This document shows positions 29,498 to 38,895 of a stretch of 64,000 nt of DNA, piece after piece. The notes below the pieces were generated by a model. The model was not told where the DNA came from. It worked only from the letters and a program-made list of their open reading frames with translations, and searched no databases. A program made the position numbers and the translations under genes. This DNA is from Deltaproteobacteria bacterium UBA6601. Its GTDB lineage: Bacteria > Myxococcota_A > UBA796 > UBA9615. The DNA lies in assembly GCA_002433485.1 (NCBI GenBank), contig DJIF01000015.1, positions 25,232 to 89,231 of the forward strand. The letters are read 5' to 3'. Position 1 is the first letter of the stretch. The number at the start of each line of letters is the position of its first letter.

Positions 29498-30476
29498 CGT
29501 GAAGAGTCGCCCCCGGACCAGCCCTATTCTCAAGGATATCGGCTCTGGGCAGGGTCGCCTCAATGCGGGCCCGAACTTCGGGGGCATGGCGACTCTCACA
29601 GAGCACGTGCATGTTGGGGCCAGCATCGAGCGTGAAGTAAACGGGCAAGCCATCATGTTCACGCCAGCTCCGCACCGCATGCATCAAAGCGACAGTACCC
29701 GGCTGCAGATAGAGAGCAGATGGCTGGCCACTGATCATGATGGCATGCATCTCCATAGCCTCATGCTCTACCAGTTCCCCGAAGGTGACAAAGTCCCGCT
29801 GAGCAAGGGCACCTTTTAACGCCAGAATCCGTGCTGGCAGGAGTTGCTGCCGCTTCTCCATAAAGGGATGACCGACAGCGATCCGGTGCCCTTCAGAACT
29901 CGAGATAGCTTTCGGGCTGCGCGAGACCAAGACCACCAGATCAGTAAGATCCCAGTGCTCAGGGGGACAGAACTGTTGACTGAACGAGCTCGCATCGTCC
30001 TTACCAGCAACCCACTCCACAAAGCCGGCCTGAATAGAGCGACAGGCTGAGCCGCTACCGCGACGCGCCCAACGGGTCATCTCCTGCTCCTCAGGATGCC
30101 CCTCTCCAAATGCCCCGATTGCGGCGGTGGCGAGGGCCGCAAAGCCCGAGGCAGAAGAGGCGATCCCGGTCCCGGCAGGAAAGGAGTTCACCGATGCGAC
30201 TCTGGCGCCCATCCGATACCAATCGCTACGGATTCGATCGAGATAGCGCGAAATACGCACTGCTCGTTGGTCCAGAACCCGCTCCCCTTCCAGATAGATC
30301 TCATCCTGAGATAGCGCCGAATCCCACTCAACGGTAGTGGTGGTCACAGCAGCAGAAAGATTCATCGAGATCGAATCGTTAAGCGGCACGTTATGATCGT
30401 AGTCGAGCTTGCCCCAATACTTGATGAAGGCAATGTTGGAGCAGGCTCTGGCGCTGGCTCTCTTGCGCTCGCTCAT
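29481..30476 (-). CDS. mvaD: diphosphomevalonate decarboxylase
   Basis: NIAFIKYWGK..., SISMNLS, and GIASSASGFAAL are canonical MVD motifs. Confidence 0.85.
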   Translation of the reverse strand: MSERKRASARACSNIAFIKYWGKLDYDHNVPLNDSISMNLSAAVTTTTVEWDSALSQDEIYLEGERVLDQRAVRISRYLDRIRSDWYRMGARVASVNSFPAGTGIASSASGFAALATAAIGAFGEGHPEEQEMTRWARRGSGSACRSIQAGFVEWVAGKDDASSFSQQFCPPEHWDLTDLVVLVSRSPKAISSSEGHRIAVGHPFMEKRQQLLPARILALKGALAQRDFVTFGELVEHEAMEMHAIMISGQPSALYLQPGTVALMHAVRSWREHDGLPVYFTLDAGPNMHVLCESRHAPEVRARIEATLPRADILENRAGPGATLHDDHLF

Positions 30477-31486
30477 TGCAGCTCCTCATCCATCAGGCCA
30501 GTCTCTTCCGGGGCCAAGGGTAGGACGGTAAGGCCCTGCTCATCACAGCTCCTGATCGCTGCCTGCCGATCGGCCGCCAGGATCAAGACGCAGTCTCCCC
30601 CACCTGCACCACTGAGGCGCGCACCAAGGACCGAAGGACTGCCCTGCAGGCGATGCACCAACTCAGCGATCTCGGGCGGAGCAGCGCCCAGTCGCTCCAG
30701 CAATCCCTGCCCCTCAGAGAGCGCCTCCCCTAGTGCTGCGGCGTCGCCGGCGCGCAGCGCGTCAAGGCCAGCGAGGGTCAGCGCACCGATCTCACCATAG
30801 AGAGCAGCCCCACGCTTGTGACGGGCAGAGACCTTGCGAATCATGTCGCCGGTGTCCGCTTTACGACCCGTCCAGGCAACCAGCCAGTCAAAGGAACTGC
30901 CCAATGGCGGTAAAACCCGCTCCATGCTGGGCGCCCCATCGTCACTGAACCGGACATAGCCGCCAAGGATTTGAGTGGCGACGTCATAACCAGAGGCAGC
31001 ACCCTGCAGAGCGCGCTGCGCGGCGCGAACCTCATCAAACAGCGCCGCGGGTTCAGCAGTCAAACCTCGAAGTCGGCGCAGCGCTGCGGCGGCGGCCAGA
31101 CTGGAAGCGGAAGATGAGCCAAGGCCCCAAGTCGGCGGAAACCCGGCCTCAAAACACAGTGAGAGCCCCTCGCCAACCACTCCATGCCGCTGCAGTAGTG
31201 GCCAGAGAAGGCGCAGCTCTGGGCGGGGCGGCTGCTCGTCGGCGAGGGCCTCTGCTGGCAGCTCAATCGGGGCAGCAAATACGCCTGGCGCTTCGACTCG
31301 CAGTGTTGAACTACCAGGCTCCAGTGATGCCTGACAGGCGATGCGGCGGTCAAGACACATTGCCAGTGCAGGCTGCCCCTCAAGCACCGCGTACTCACCA
31401 AACAGCATCAGCTTGCCAGGTGCCGAGCAGCGAGCTCGAAGAACCTGATAGCGCTGTTCAGGGCGAGCGGACCGGGTCGAAATCAC
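30473..31486 (-). CDS. phosphomevalonate kinase (GHMP kinase)
   Basis: APGKLMLFGEYAVLEG (PMK-type GEYAVLE) and GLGSSSASSLAAAA (GHMP motif II). GTG start overlapping the hmgR stop (TAGTG). Confidence 0.65.
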   Translation of the reverse strand: MISTRSARPEQRYQVLRARCSAPGKLMLFGEYAVLEGQPALAMCLDRRIACQASLEPGSSTLRVEAPGVFAAPIELPAEALADEQPPRPELRLLWPLLQRHGVVGEGLSLCFEAGFPPTWGLGSSSASSLAAAAALRRLRGLTAEPAALFDEVRAAQRALQGAASGYDVATQILGGYVRFSDDGAPSMERVLPPLGSSFDWLVAWTGRKADTGDMIRKVSARHKRGAALYGEIGALTLAGLDALRAGDAAALGEALSEGQGLLERLGAAPPEIAELVHRLQGSPSVLGARLSGAGGGDCVLILAADRQAAIRSCDEQGLTVLPLAPEETGLMDEELQ

Positions 31487-32712
31487 TAGACTTCCCCAGC
31501 ATCCATCTCACGACTGAGTTCAAGATTCCGCTGGTGAAGACGCATGTGGCCGCGTTGAATCCCCTCAGTAGCAAGGGCCCGCAGCGCACCGAGGTTCTGC
31601 GACAGACCCACCGCGGCAATGATCCGGGCCAGCTCCTGGGCACCGCTCACCTCCATCAGGGCCAGCGAAAAACGCGCCACTGGATGCAAACGAGTCACTC
31701 CTCCGACGGTACCCACCTGCAACGGGAGTTCCAGCTCACCGACCAGATCACCTGCTTCATTGAGCTGCCAGTTGGACAGGCTGCGATACTGACCGTCTCG
31801 AGCTGCCCAGGCGTGGGCGCCAGCCTCAACCGCTCGCCAGTCATTGCCGGTAGCGACCACGATGGGATCGATGCCGTTCATGATGCCTTTGTTGTGAGTC
31901 GCCGCTCGATGCGGGTCATAGACGGCAAAACGGGCCGCCGCTACGATCCGCTCGGCGACCTCAGAACCACCGAGTTCCCCGACCGCGAGGTCCTCAGCCC
32001 GCACCGAGCAGCGCGCAGAGAAGCGTCGTCTAGAGGCCAGGTTGGAAAGGATTCGCAACCCAGCTCGCCCACCACTAAGAGCGGCGATTCGCGGCGCCAG
32101 TTGCTCGCACATGGTGTTCACCACGTTGGCCCCCATGGCGTCGACCGGATCAACCAGAAGATGCACCACGAGATCAGTTCCGGCGCCGGTCTCCTGCGGG
32201 CCGAACAGCCTACACTCGAGGTCACAACAACCCCCTCCAGCAGCGACCAAAATGGGGTCCAGTGCGTTGGCTGCGGCGATGATCTCATCACGATGGGCGG
32301 TGATCACACGCACGGCAGCCGCACCATCGGGCACATCCATGATCTGGACCTGCCCGATGACCTTGTCCTCCAGGACGGTAGTTGTGAACCCCCCGGTCTT
32401 GCGTACCAGGCGCGCCATGTTGGAGGCCGCTGCAACCACCGAGCTCTCCTCGACAGCCATCGGCACCAGCACCTCGCGTCCATCCACCACAAAATTGACC
32501 GCTACGCCAAGAGGAAGCCCAAAGCCACCAATGACATTCTCCACAAAGCCGTCCAGCAACCCGACATCAACCCTGCCGTCGGCGGTGACAAAGCCAGGCC
32601 CCGCCAGATCAAGGCCCATGGCCTCGCTGATCAGGACTCGACGCTGCTCAACACTGAGCTGATAGAAGCCCGGCAAGCGGCTGGAAGAAGGCTTGGTCGA
32701 TGCGTCAGTCAC
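31486..32712 (-). CDS. mvaA: class II (bacterial-type) HMG-CoA reductase
   Basis: DAMGANVVNTMCE and ..GTVGG.. are class-II HMGR signatures. 408 aa. Confidence 0.85.
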   Translation of the reverse strand: MTDASTKPSSSRLPGFYQLSVEQRRVLISEAMGLDLAGPGFVTADGRVDVGLLDGFVENVIGGFGLPLGVAVNFVVDGREVLVPMAVEESSVVAAASNMARLVRKTGGFTTTVLEDKVIGQVQIMDVPDGAAAVRVITAHRDEIIAAANALDPILVAAGGGCCDLECRLFGPQETGAGTDLVVHLLVDPVDAMGANVVNTMCEQLAPRIAALSGGRAGLRILSNLASRRRFSARCSVRAEDLAVGELGGSEVAERIVAAARFAVYDPHRAATHNKGIMNGIDPIVVATGNDWRAVEAGAHAWAARDGQYRSLSNWQLNEAGDLVGELELPLQVGTVGGVTRLHPVARFSLALMEVSGAQELARIIAAVGLSQNLGALRALATEGIQRGHMRLHQRNLELSREMDAGEV

Positions 32713-33731
32713 CGGGACTCCCGAAGCTTAAGCCGCGGCAGATCCGCGACCGTACGAGCACCGCTGCATAGCATTGCAATACGCAATTCCTCAAGGATTC
32801 GTCGACCTCGGGCCAGAGCGGGGTCTTGTCCCTGATCTGCAGCGCGGAAGAACGGCAGGGCCATCCCCGCTACATCGGCGCCCAACGCCACGGCCCTGGC
32901 CACATCCACACCATTGCGAACTCCACCAGTAGCGATCAGCGGAAACTCTGCCCCAAGGACAGCCCGACACTCCCGCACCGCGTCGCCGGTCGAGATGCCC
33001 CAGCGTCGAAAGCTCTCGCCCATAGCCTGACGTTCGCTGTCCTGAGAGCGCAGCCCCTCTATCTTGGCCCAGGAGGTTCCCCCGCTACCACCAACATCAA
33101 TGGCTGCCGCTCCCATATCGCGGCAGATCACTGCCAATTCAGCCGAGATACCGGAGCCGACTTCCTTGATCACAACAGGCACCTCGAGTGCCTCGATAAG
33201 CTTGGCGATCTTGGTCCTCAGATCACGCCAGTCCCGATCTCCCTCAGGCTGGACCATCTCCTGAATCGGGTTTAAGTGCAGAGCCAGAGCGTCGGCCTCC
33301 ACCGAGTCAACCAAACGGCGGCAATCGTCAATATCGACGCCAAGATTAAGTTGGATGGCCCCCACATTGGCCAACAACAGGATGTCCGGAGCCAAGTCCC
33401 GGACCCTGAAGGTGGGCAGTAAACCGTCCTGTTCAAGTAGCACCCGCTGCGAACCCAACCCCATAGCGAGCCCAAGTTCCTGAGCGGTCACGGCGAGGAC
33501 CCGGTTGATCGCACCAGCACGGGAGGAACCCCCGGTCATCCCAGCGATCATCACAGGTGCACTCAGTTCCCGGCCGAGCAGGCTACACGACAGGTCCATG
33601 TCTTCCGGCCGCCCCTCGGGCAGAGCCAGATGGGGCAAATCCCAACGTTCCCAGGCGCGCTGCTCCAGACCGGACTCAACATCCTCTTCAGCGACAATGC
33701 TCAAGTGACTGTCTTTGCGACTGCCGCTCAT
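32709..33731 (-). CDS. fni: isopentenyl-diphosphate delta-isomerase, type 2 (FMN-dependent)
   Basis: MSGSRKDSHL..ALPE..DLS..VMIAGMTGGS..VVIKEVGSGIS..GGSGGTSWAKIE parallels IDI-2 from its canonical N-terminus (ATG 33731). The frame stays open a further 137 codons upstream to a TTG at 34142 (see findings). Confidence 0.8.
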   Translation of the reverse strand: MSGSRKDSHLSIVAEEDVESGLEQRAWERWDLPHLALPEGRPEDMDLSCSLLGRELSAPVMIAGMTGGSSRAGAINRVLAVTAQELGLAMGLGSQRVLLEQDGLLPTFRVRDLAPDILLLANVGAIQLNLGVDIDDCRRLVDSVEADALALHLNPIQEMVQPEGDRDWRDLRTKIAKLIEALEVPVVIKEVGSGISAELAVICRDMGAAAIDVGGSGGTSWAKIEGLRSQDSERQAMGESFRRWGISTGDAVRECRAVLGAEFPLIATGGVRNGVDVARAVALGADVAGMALPFFRAADQGQDPALARGRRILEELRIAMLCSGARTVADLPRLKLRESR

Positions 33732-34009
33732 GTGACCCTGAAGGGTTTTCTCGCTGTCCCCTTCCCAGGACACAACCTCCAGATTCCAACGGCGCAAGGG
33801 AGCCTGCGCCGTTGGAATCTCCTCACGAACCAGGACCCGACCAACGGCTCGAGAGCCAGGCTTGAGAAACAAGCGAAGGCCAAGCTCCTGTCCGGGCGCC
33901 AACGGCGCTTGGCTATCCACCAGAAGCCCGTCAAGGCCAAGCGCCAGACAGAGCCCCTGCTCTCCATCGAGGGTCACTGGCAGATAGGCATCCAGGCTGG
34001 CCAACTGCT

Positions 34010-35887
34010 TCACTGCAAGTCTCCCTTCGAGTTCTGTCCCTCCACCCCTGTAGCAATGGAAGCGTCTACTGGATCCGCGCGGCGAAGCCAAGTCCAAGCC
34101 ACCATGAGCAAGGAGAGAAGCAACGCGAACCAGACCAGCCAATCGGCTACTGGCGTGTAGGGATTAGCAAACCACATGATGGGCGAGAACACCGCGTAAC
34201 CGAGCACAGCGAGCCAGGCAAACCACCCAACTCGACCTACCACGGGCCAACCGCGCCAGCCCAGCACCAGCAGCGCAAAGGAAAGCACAGCGCAAAGCTG
34301 AGCAAACCAATCTCCGAGCTTCAAATAGGGCGTAGGAACCCGAACTCGTGGCACCTCAACGACAAGTACATCGCGCTCAAACAAATCGGTGCTGGCGACG
34401 ATCCGGCCCCTGGCATCAACGCTTGCACTGATCCCAGTGGTAGCCGCCCGTACCAGAGGTACCCCATACTGAGCGGATTGCAGCGCCGACAGCATCAGAT
34501 GCTGATGGGGGCAATCGGTATCTCCAAACCAGGCGTCGTAGGTGATGTTGACGAGCAGATCTGCACCTGCAGCAACACCACCCCGCACGTAACGATGGCG
34601 GATCGCCTCGTAACAAATCAGGAACACAAAATCGGCGCCAGGGCTACCGAACAGTGTGAGCCCGTCACCCGCCTGAAAATCCCCCACGCCCTGGATCTTG
34701 CGAAGGACCTCAAAGTGGTCCTCAAGCGGCATGAATTCGCCAAAGGGCAGCAGGATATTCTTGTCGTAGGAAGGATCGAACCGCGGCTCACCGCCCTGTT
34801 GAGCTGGCCAGACCCGAAAAGCAGAGTTCAGGCTGACCCGCTCTCCTCGCGCGTCCCTGCGCGCCAGCCCCCCGCCGGTCCAGAGTTCAGCCCCAGTGGT
34901 CTGCACCAGCTCTCGGATGCTCCGGTTCATTCGCGACTTGGGACTGCGGCGGATCGCCCCTTCTGGCCAGACAAAGACATCGATGTCAGGATCCGCGCTA
35001 TAGGCCTCTCGACTCAGCGCTACCAGGTCCTCGGTGATGGCCGACCGCCACTCCCCCTTTGGCACCTGCGCGCTGCGCTGGCGCTGGAAGCCCTGCTGTT
35101 CCATGGCCCGCCGCTCAAAGACGTTCTGGTTGGCCTGCACCAAAGCGAGCTTGACCCGGGGAGCGCTCGCCTCAGCGACCTCGATGCGGTCAAGTTGATA
35201 CGACGAGAAGCCGAAGGCAACCACGACAAAGATCGACCACAGCGCCAAAGATAGGCCCAGTCCTCGATCCACGACCATCCCAGCCGGGCTGCGCCAGCGC
35301 TGCCAGAGCTCCAGCAGAATGCCATTGCTCAACAGCATAAAAAACGAAATGCCAGCGACGCCGGTCAGACCGGTTACCAGAAAAAAGCTGCTCTGCTGAT
35401 ACCAGGTGACTCCCTGGTAGTAGGGAAAGAGCTGTGGGTTCAGATACTCCACCGCTGTGAACCACATGGCGACCGTAATCGGCCAATAACTGCCCGATGC
35501 GCGGCGAATCGGCGCGAATCCCCAGGCGAAGACCGCCATGTAAAAGCCAAAGGCAAGGGAGAACAACAACAAGGCCCCGACAGCGAGAGCCAGGGGCAGA
35601 TTAGAGAAGGTCTCAACGGTGTAGATGATCCAGGAGAAGATGCTGCAGTTGGCGGCAACCCCGACCAGCCAACCTGCCAGCAGCGCGCGGCGACCGTTGA
35701 GCCTGGCGAACACCGCCAGGGCTGGCACAAAGCCGAAGAGGTGCAGCCAGAACCAGTTGGTCGGCGCCGAGCCCCACTTCTGGAAGGCGCCCGAAACGAT
35801 CAAGGCGGCCAGCGCGAGCACCGTACCCCGCCGCGACATCGGGTCTTTCAAGGGTGGCGCTTCGGTCATCGCGGCGACTGATAGCAT
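34010..35887 (-). CDS. lnt: apolipoprotein N-acyltransferase with extra C-terminal TM helices
   Basis: Polytopic N-terminal domain, then a CN-hydrolase domain (..LICYEAIRHRYV..LLVNITYDAWFGDT..LVRAATTGISASVDARGRIV..TPYLKLGDW). About 75 additional hydrophobic C-terminal residues. Confidence 0.75.
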   Translation of the reverse strand: MLSVAAMTEAPPLKDPMSRRGTVLALAALIVSGAFQKWGSAPTNWFWLHLFGFVPALAVFARLNGRRALLAGWLVGVAANCSIFSWIIYTVETFSNLPLALAVGALLLFSLAFGFYMAVFAWGFAPIRRASGSYWPITVAMWFTAVEYLNPQLFPYYQGVTWYQQSSFFLVTGLTGVAGISFFMLLSNGILLELWQRWRSPAGMVVDRGLGLSLALWSIFVVVAFGFSSYQLDRIEVAEASAPRVKLALVQANQNVFERRAMEQQGFQRQRSAQVPKGEWRSAITEDLVALSREAYSADPDIDVFVWPEGAIRRSPKSRMNRSIRELVQTTGAELWTGGGLARRDARGERVSLNSAFRVWPAQQGGEPRFDPSYDKNILLPFGEFMPLEDHFEVLRKIQGVGDFQAGDGLTLFGSPGADFVFLICYEAIRHRYVRGGVAAGADLLVNITYDAWFGDTDCPHQHLMLSALQSAQYGVPLVRAATTGISASVDARGRIVASTDLFERDVLVVEVPRVRVPTPYLKLGDWFAQLCAVLSFALLVLGWRGWPVVGRVGWFAWLAVLGYAVFSPIMWFANPYTPVADWLVWFALLLSLLMVAWTWLRRADPVDASIATGVEGQNSKGDLQ

Positions 35888-35986
35888 GGAGGAATGAACT
35901 TGTCAGAACGAAGCTGAACGGCCAACTGCTACCCTCAGCGTGGGCCGGCCTGCCACCGCCCAAGAACAGCATGGAAGAGGACAAGC

Positions 35987-36667
35987 GTGACCACCATCTC
36001 TCCACGGGAGCTACACTGCCCGCTCTGTGCGACCAGGTTTGCCGGCCACTCAGTACTCGCCGGGCGCGCCAGCGGTCCTCTATCCAGCGATCTGCGACGC
36101 TATCCCGAAGGTCCCGACCCCATCCCGCTGCAACTCAACAGCTGCCCGGAGTGCGGTTACTCCGGGGAGGTGAGCGCCTTTGAAGAGTTTGCCCCAGAAC
36201 CTGAACTTGAAGTCGCCGAGGAAGAACTCTCCCTGGCCGAATTGGTCCGAAGCCGCCTGAGCCCAAAAGCCCAAGAGGCTCATGCCGACCCCGCGCTACG
36301 CTACGAACAACATGCTGTCTTAGAGGGCTGGCTGGGGAGAGGTCCCCTGCGCCAGGGAGATGCCTGGCTGCGCGCTGCCTGGATGCATGATGATGCAAGC
36401 CGACCGCAAGAGGCACTACGCTGCCGAGATCAGGCACTAAGCCACTACCGTCGAGGCCTGGATGAGCGACGCTGGCTACGACGTAGAGAGGACATGGTGG
36501 TGGTCGCTTATCTGGTCGGTGAGCTGTCGCGCCGCCTTGGCAGGGAGGAAGCCGCCCTGCGATGGTATGAGCAGAGCATCGCATGGTCTTCAGGGCTGCA
36601 GCACATGCAGGATCTGGTTGAGCTTGCAGAACGACAGGCGCGGGAGCCCCGCGATCTGGTCCGCTGA
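35987..36667 (+). CDS. DUF2225-like zinc-ribbon/TPR-like protein
   Basis: GTG start with GGAAGAGGA RBS. CPLC...CPECGYSG zinc-ribbon pair followed by a helical repeat region. Confidence 0.5.
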   Translation: MTTISPRELHCPLCATRFAGHSVLAGRASGPLSSDLRRYPEGPDPIPLQLNSCPECGYSGEVSAFEEFAPEPELEVAEEELSLAELVRSRLSPKAQEAHADPALRYEQHAVLEGWLGRGPLRQGDAWLRAAWMHDDASRPQEALRCRDQALSHYRRGLDERRWLRRREDMVVVAYLVGELSRRLGREEAALRWYEQSIAWSSGLQHMQDLVELAERQAREPRDLVR

Positions 36668-36683
36668 GCCCAACCCAGCCCCT

Positions 36684-36700
36684 TGACAAATGCTTGACAA
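36684..36700 (+). promoter_or_regulatory. tandem CTTGACAAA direct repeat (two -35-like hexamers 11 bp apart) upstream of lipoprotein gene 36779
   Basis: cccCTTGACAAAtgCTTGACAAAagcg. A 13-bp palindrome GGAGCAcTGCTCC follows at 36745-36757. Confidence 0.25.
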
Positions 36701-36778
36701 AAGCGTCCCGATGATCCATCGTTCAGGCTTACATCTAAAGATTCAGGAGCACTGCTCCCGGGGACTCAGACCGCCACA

Positions 36779-38878
36779 ATGAAGACTCATACTCGTCGTT
36801 TTCACCAGTCACCGGTTCTGCTCTTCCTGAGTGTGCTGGTGCTGCTGGGTGGTTGCGGCCCTGAACCGGACGAATACGGCATCGTAGGGCCGCTCCTTCA
36901 GAGTGAGCACGCCTTGTCCAGCGCCGGTACCGGCAAGGCTGGACTCCCTGCTTCGGTGCAGGGCGCAAACACCGAGGTGTGGGCGGTCAGCAACAACTGG
37001 GCCGATACCCAAACGCCTGATGCTCGCGCTGCAGGGCTGGCCTGGGAGGCGGATTCAGGACTCAACTGGGAGCAAAAATACAACCTCTGGATCGAAGGTC
37101 TTGAGGAGACAGCACGGACCGGAACCTCGTACGGCACGACCTTCGAGATCACCACCCCTCAGGGTAAGGCGCTCGATGTACCTGCACTGGAATGTGCCGA
37201 GCTGCTGCTGATGATGCGAGCTGTGTTTGCCTCCTGGTACGGACTACCCTTCTTCCTGGAAGCTCGTGACTCAGATGGCACCCGGGTCTTCCTGGGGCAC
37301 TTTGGCTTCCGCACCGCCCAGGGGCGCTACAAGAACACGCCGAAGTATCGCACCGCCTACAACGACTACAGCCACCTCAGCACGGCCGACGCCCTGGCCA
37401 GCTGGCCTCAGGACGCGCGCCTGCGCGGTCGCCACCTGTACAAGCGCGGTGGCAACCATGACGACTACAACCCTTTCCTCCACGAGGACGCAGGCGCAGG
37501 CTGGTACTTCGATGAGCTGCTACTCAACAAGCGGGTAGGTCACTTCCTGTTGATGCTGCTGCCTTACTTTGGCTCAGCCAATCTGGCGGACGACGCCAAT
37601 GCCTACCATGCCACCCCGAACAGCTTGCGGGCCGGAGACATCCTGCTCAAGCGCTGGCAGCGCCGCGGTATCGGCCACGTGATGCTGGTCAAGACCGTAC
37701 AGCAGCGCCCCCACGACAAGATCGCAGCCCAGGTAGCCTCAGGATCGATGCCTCGTCGGCAGGCGGTCTGGGAGAGTCAAGCGTCCACTAAGCTGCTGTT
37801 CACCAACGATAAGACCGGTGGCGAAGGCGAAAACAACGACGGCGAGCGCTACGTGGATCTGGGAGGTGGCCTCAAGCGCTTTCTGGTTGCTGAGCTGAGC
37901 GGAGGCAGCTGGCGCAATAGGGTACTCCCAGCTGATATGGATACCTGGCTACCGTGGTCAGATACGGTCGGCCGGGCGGCGCGTCCCCGTCAATTTGGTG
38001 AGCTGCTGGTCGAGGTAAGCCCGGCTGAACTGCGCGATGAACTGCTGGCCATCATCGAATCCAAGCGCGAGCACCTGCGCAACTATCCGGCCTCCTGCTC
38101 TGCTCGGACGGCCCGGGAAGCCGCCTTCAAGGAGCTCTACAACCTGATGCAGGACCGGTTCCAAATGACCATCGATGAGATCGACGGCCAATACCGTCTG
38201 CTTGAGGACTATGTGTTCGCCGAGTTGGTCTACAACCAGAGCAAGACCTGCTGCTGGAACAGCACCACCTCAGCCATGTTCGATGTAATCATGAGCTACA
38301 ATCTGCGGCTCCAGGAAGACGCTGAGTCCTGCACGCAGCCAACAGTATTCATGGCTCAAGACGGAGGCTATGAGGCCTTTGCCGAACACGCCGCAGAGAT
38401 CGGTCTGGGCAACCAATGGGTGGCCTGGAACGACGATGAGAGCTGCCCGCAAGGCGGGGTGCTTAACGACACCGAAGAGCGCCACGGCTGGACCCCCTAC
38501 TGCGAAGTGGTCGAAACCATCAACGGCGACGGTCCCACCGAAATAGAGGGCGACCCCTGCGAGGACCGCAACGACAGCATGGATGAGGCCACCGAGTTGG
38601 ACGCCGGTGTCTACACCGGCCTGGCCATCTGCCGCGGTGAAGATGACTGGTTCCGTATCCATGCCACTGTCGGTGCCGGGACGCTTGAGATCGACTTCAA
38701 CGACAATGGCGGCGCGCTGGTCATGGAGCTGTACCGCAGTAACGGCGAACGCATCGCGATCAGTACTGGCGAGCCAGGACACCAGTTCATCGAATCGGGT
38801 GTCGGGGTGCGATACCTTCGGGTATTCGGACCTGGGGACAGCATCACCAGCTATCGCCTGACCATCAGCGACGACTGA
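36779..38878 (+). CDS. large secreted lipoprotein with putative papain-like (NlpC/P60-type) hydrolase core and C-terminal PPC (pre-peptidase C-terminal) domain
   Basis: Lipobox LLGGCG. ..LECAELLLMMRAVF..GDILLKRWQRRGIGHVMLV resembles a Cys...His hydrolase core. C-terminal DDWFRIHATVGAGTLEIDF..YRLTISDD is PPC-like. Function is unknown. Confidence 0.5.
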   Translation: MKTHTRRFHQSPVLLFLSVLVLLGGCGPEPDEYGIVGPLLQSEHALSSAGTGKAGLPASVQGANTEVWAVSNNWADTQTPDARAAGLAWEADSGLNWEQKYNLWIEGLEETARTGTSYGTTFEITTPQGKALDVPALECAELLLMMRAVFASWYGLPFFLEARDSDGTRVFLGHFGFRTAQGRYKNTPKYRTAYNDYSHLSTADALASWPQDARLRGRHLYKRGGNHDDYNPFLHEDAGAGWYFDELLLNKRVGHFLLMLLPYFGSANLADDANAYHATPNSLRAGDILLKRWQRRGIGHVMLVKTVQQRPHDKIAAQVASGSMPRRQAVWESQASTKLLFTNDKTGGEGENNDGERYVDLGGGLKRFLVAELSGGSWRNRVLPADMDTWLPWSDTVGRAARPRQFGELLVEVSPAELRDELLAIIESKREHLRNYPASCSARTAREAAFKELYNLMQDRFQMTIDEIDGQYRLLEDYVFAELVYNQSKTCCWNSTTSAMFDVIMSYNLRLQEDAESCTQPTVFMAQDGGYEAFAEHAAEIGLGNQWVAWNDDESCPQGGVLNDTEERHGWTPYCEVVETINGDGPTEIEGDPCEDRNDSMDEATELDAGVYTGLAICRGEDDWFRIHATVGAGTLEIDFNDNGGALVMELYRSNGERIAISTGEPGHQFIESGVGVRYLRVFGPGDSITSYRLTISDD

Positions 38879-38895
38879 GCACCGCCTGACTGTTG

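Noticed and set aside
31114-32835. 573-aa plus-strand ORF across pmk/hmgR
   Set aside because: It is antisense to two strongly supported mevalonate-pathway genes, and its composition is junk-like (R/S/P/G-rich).
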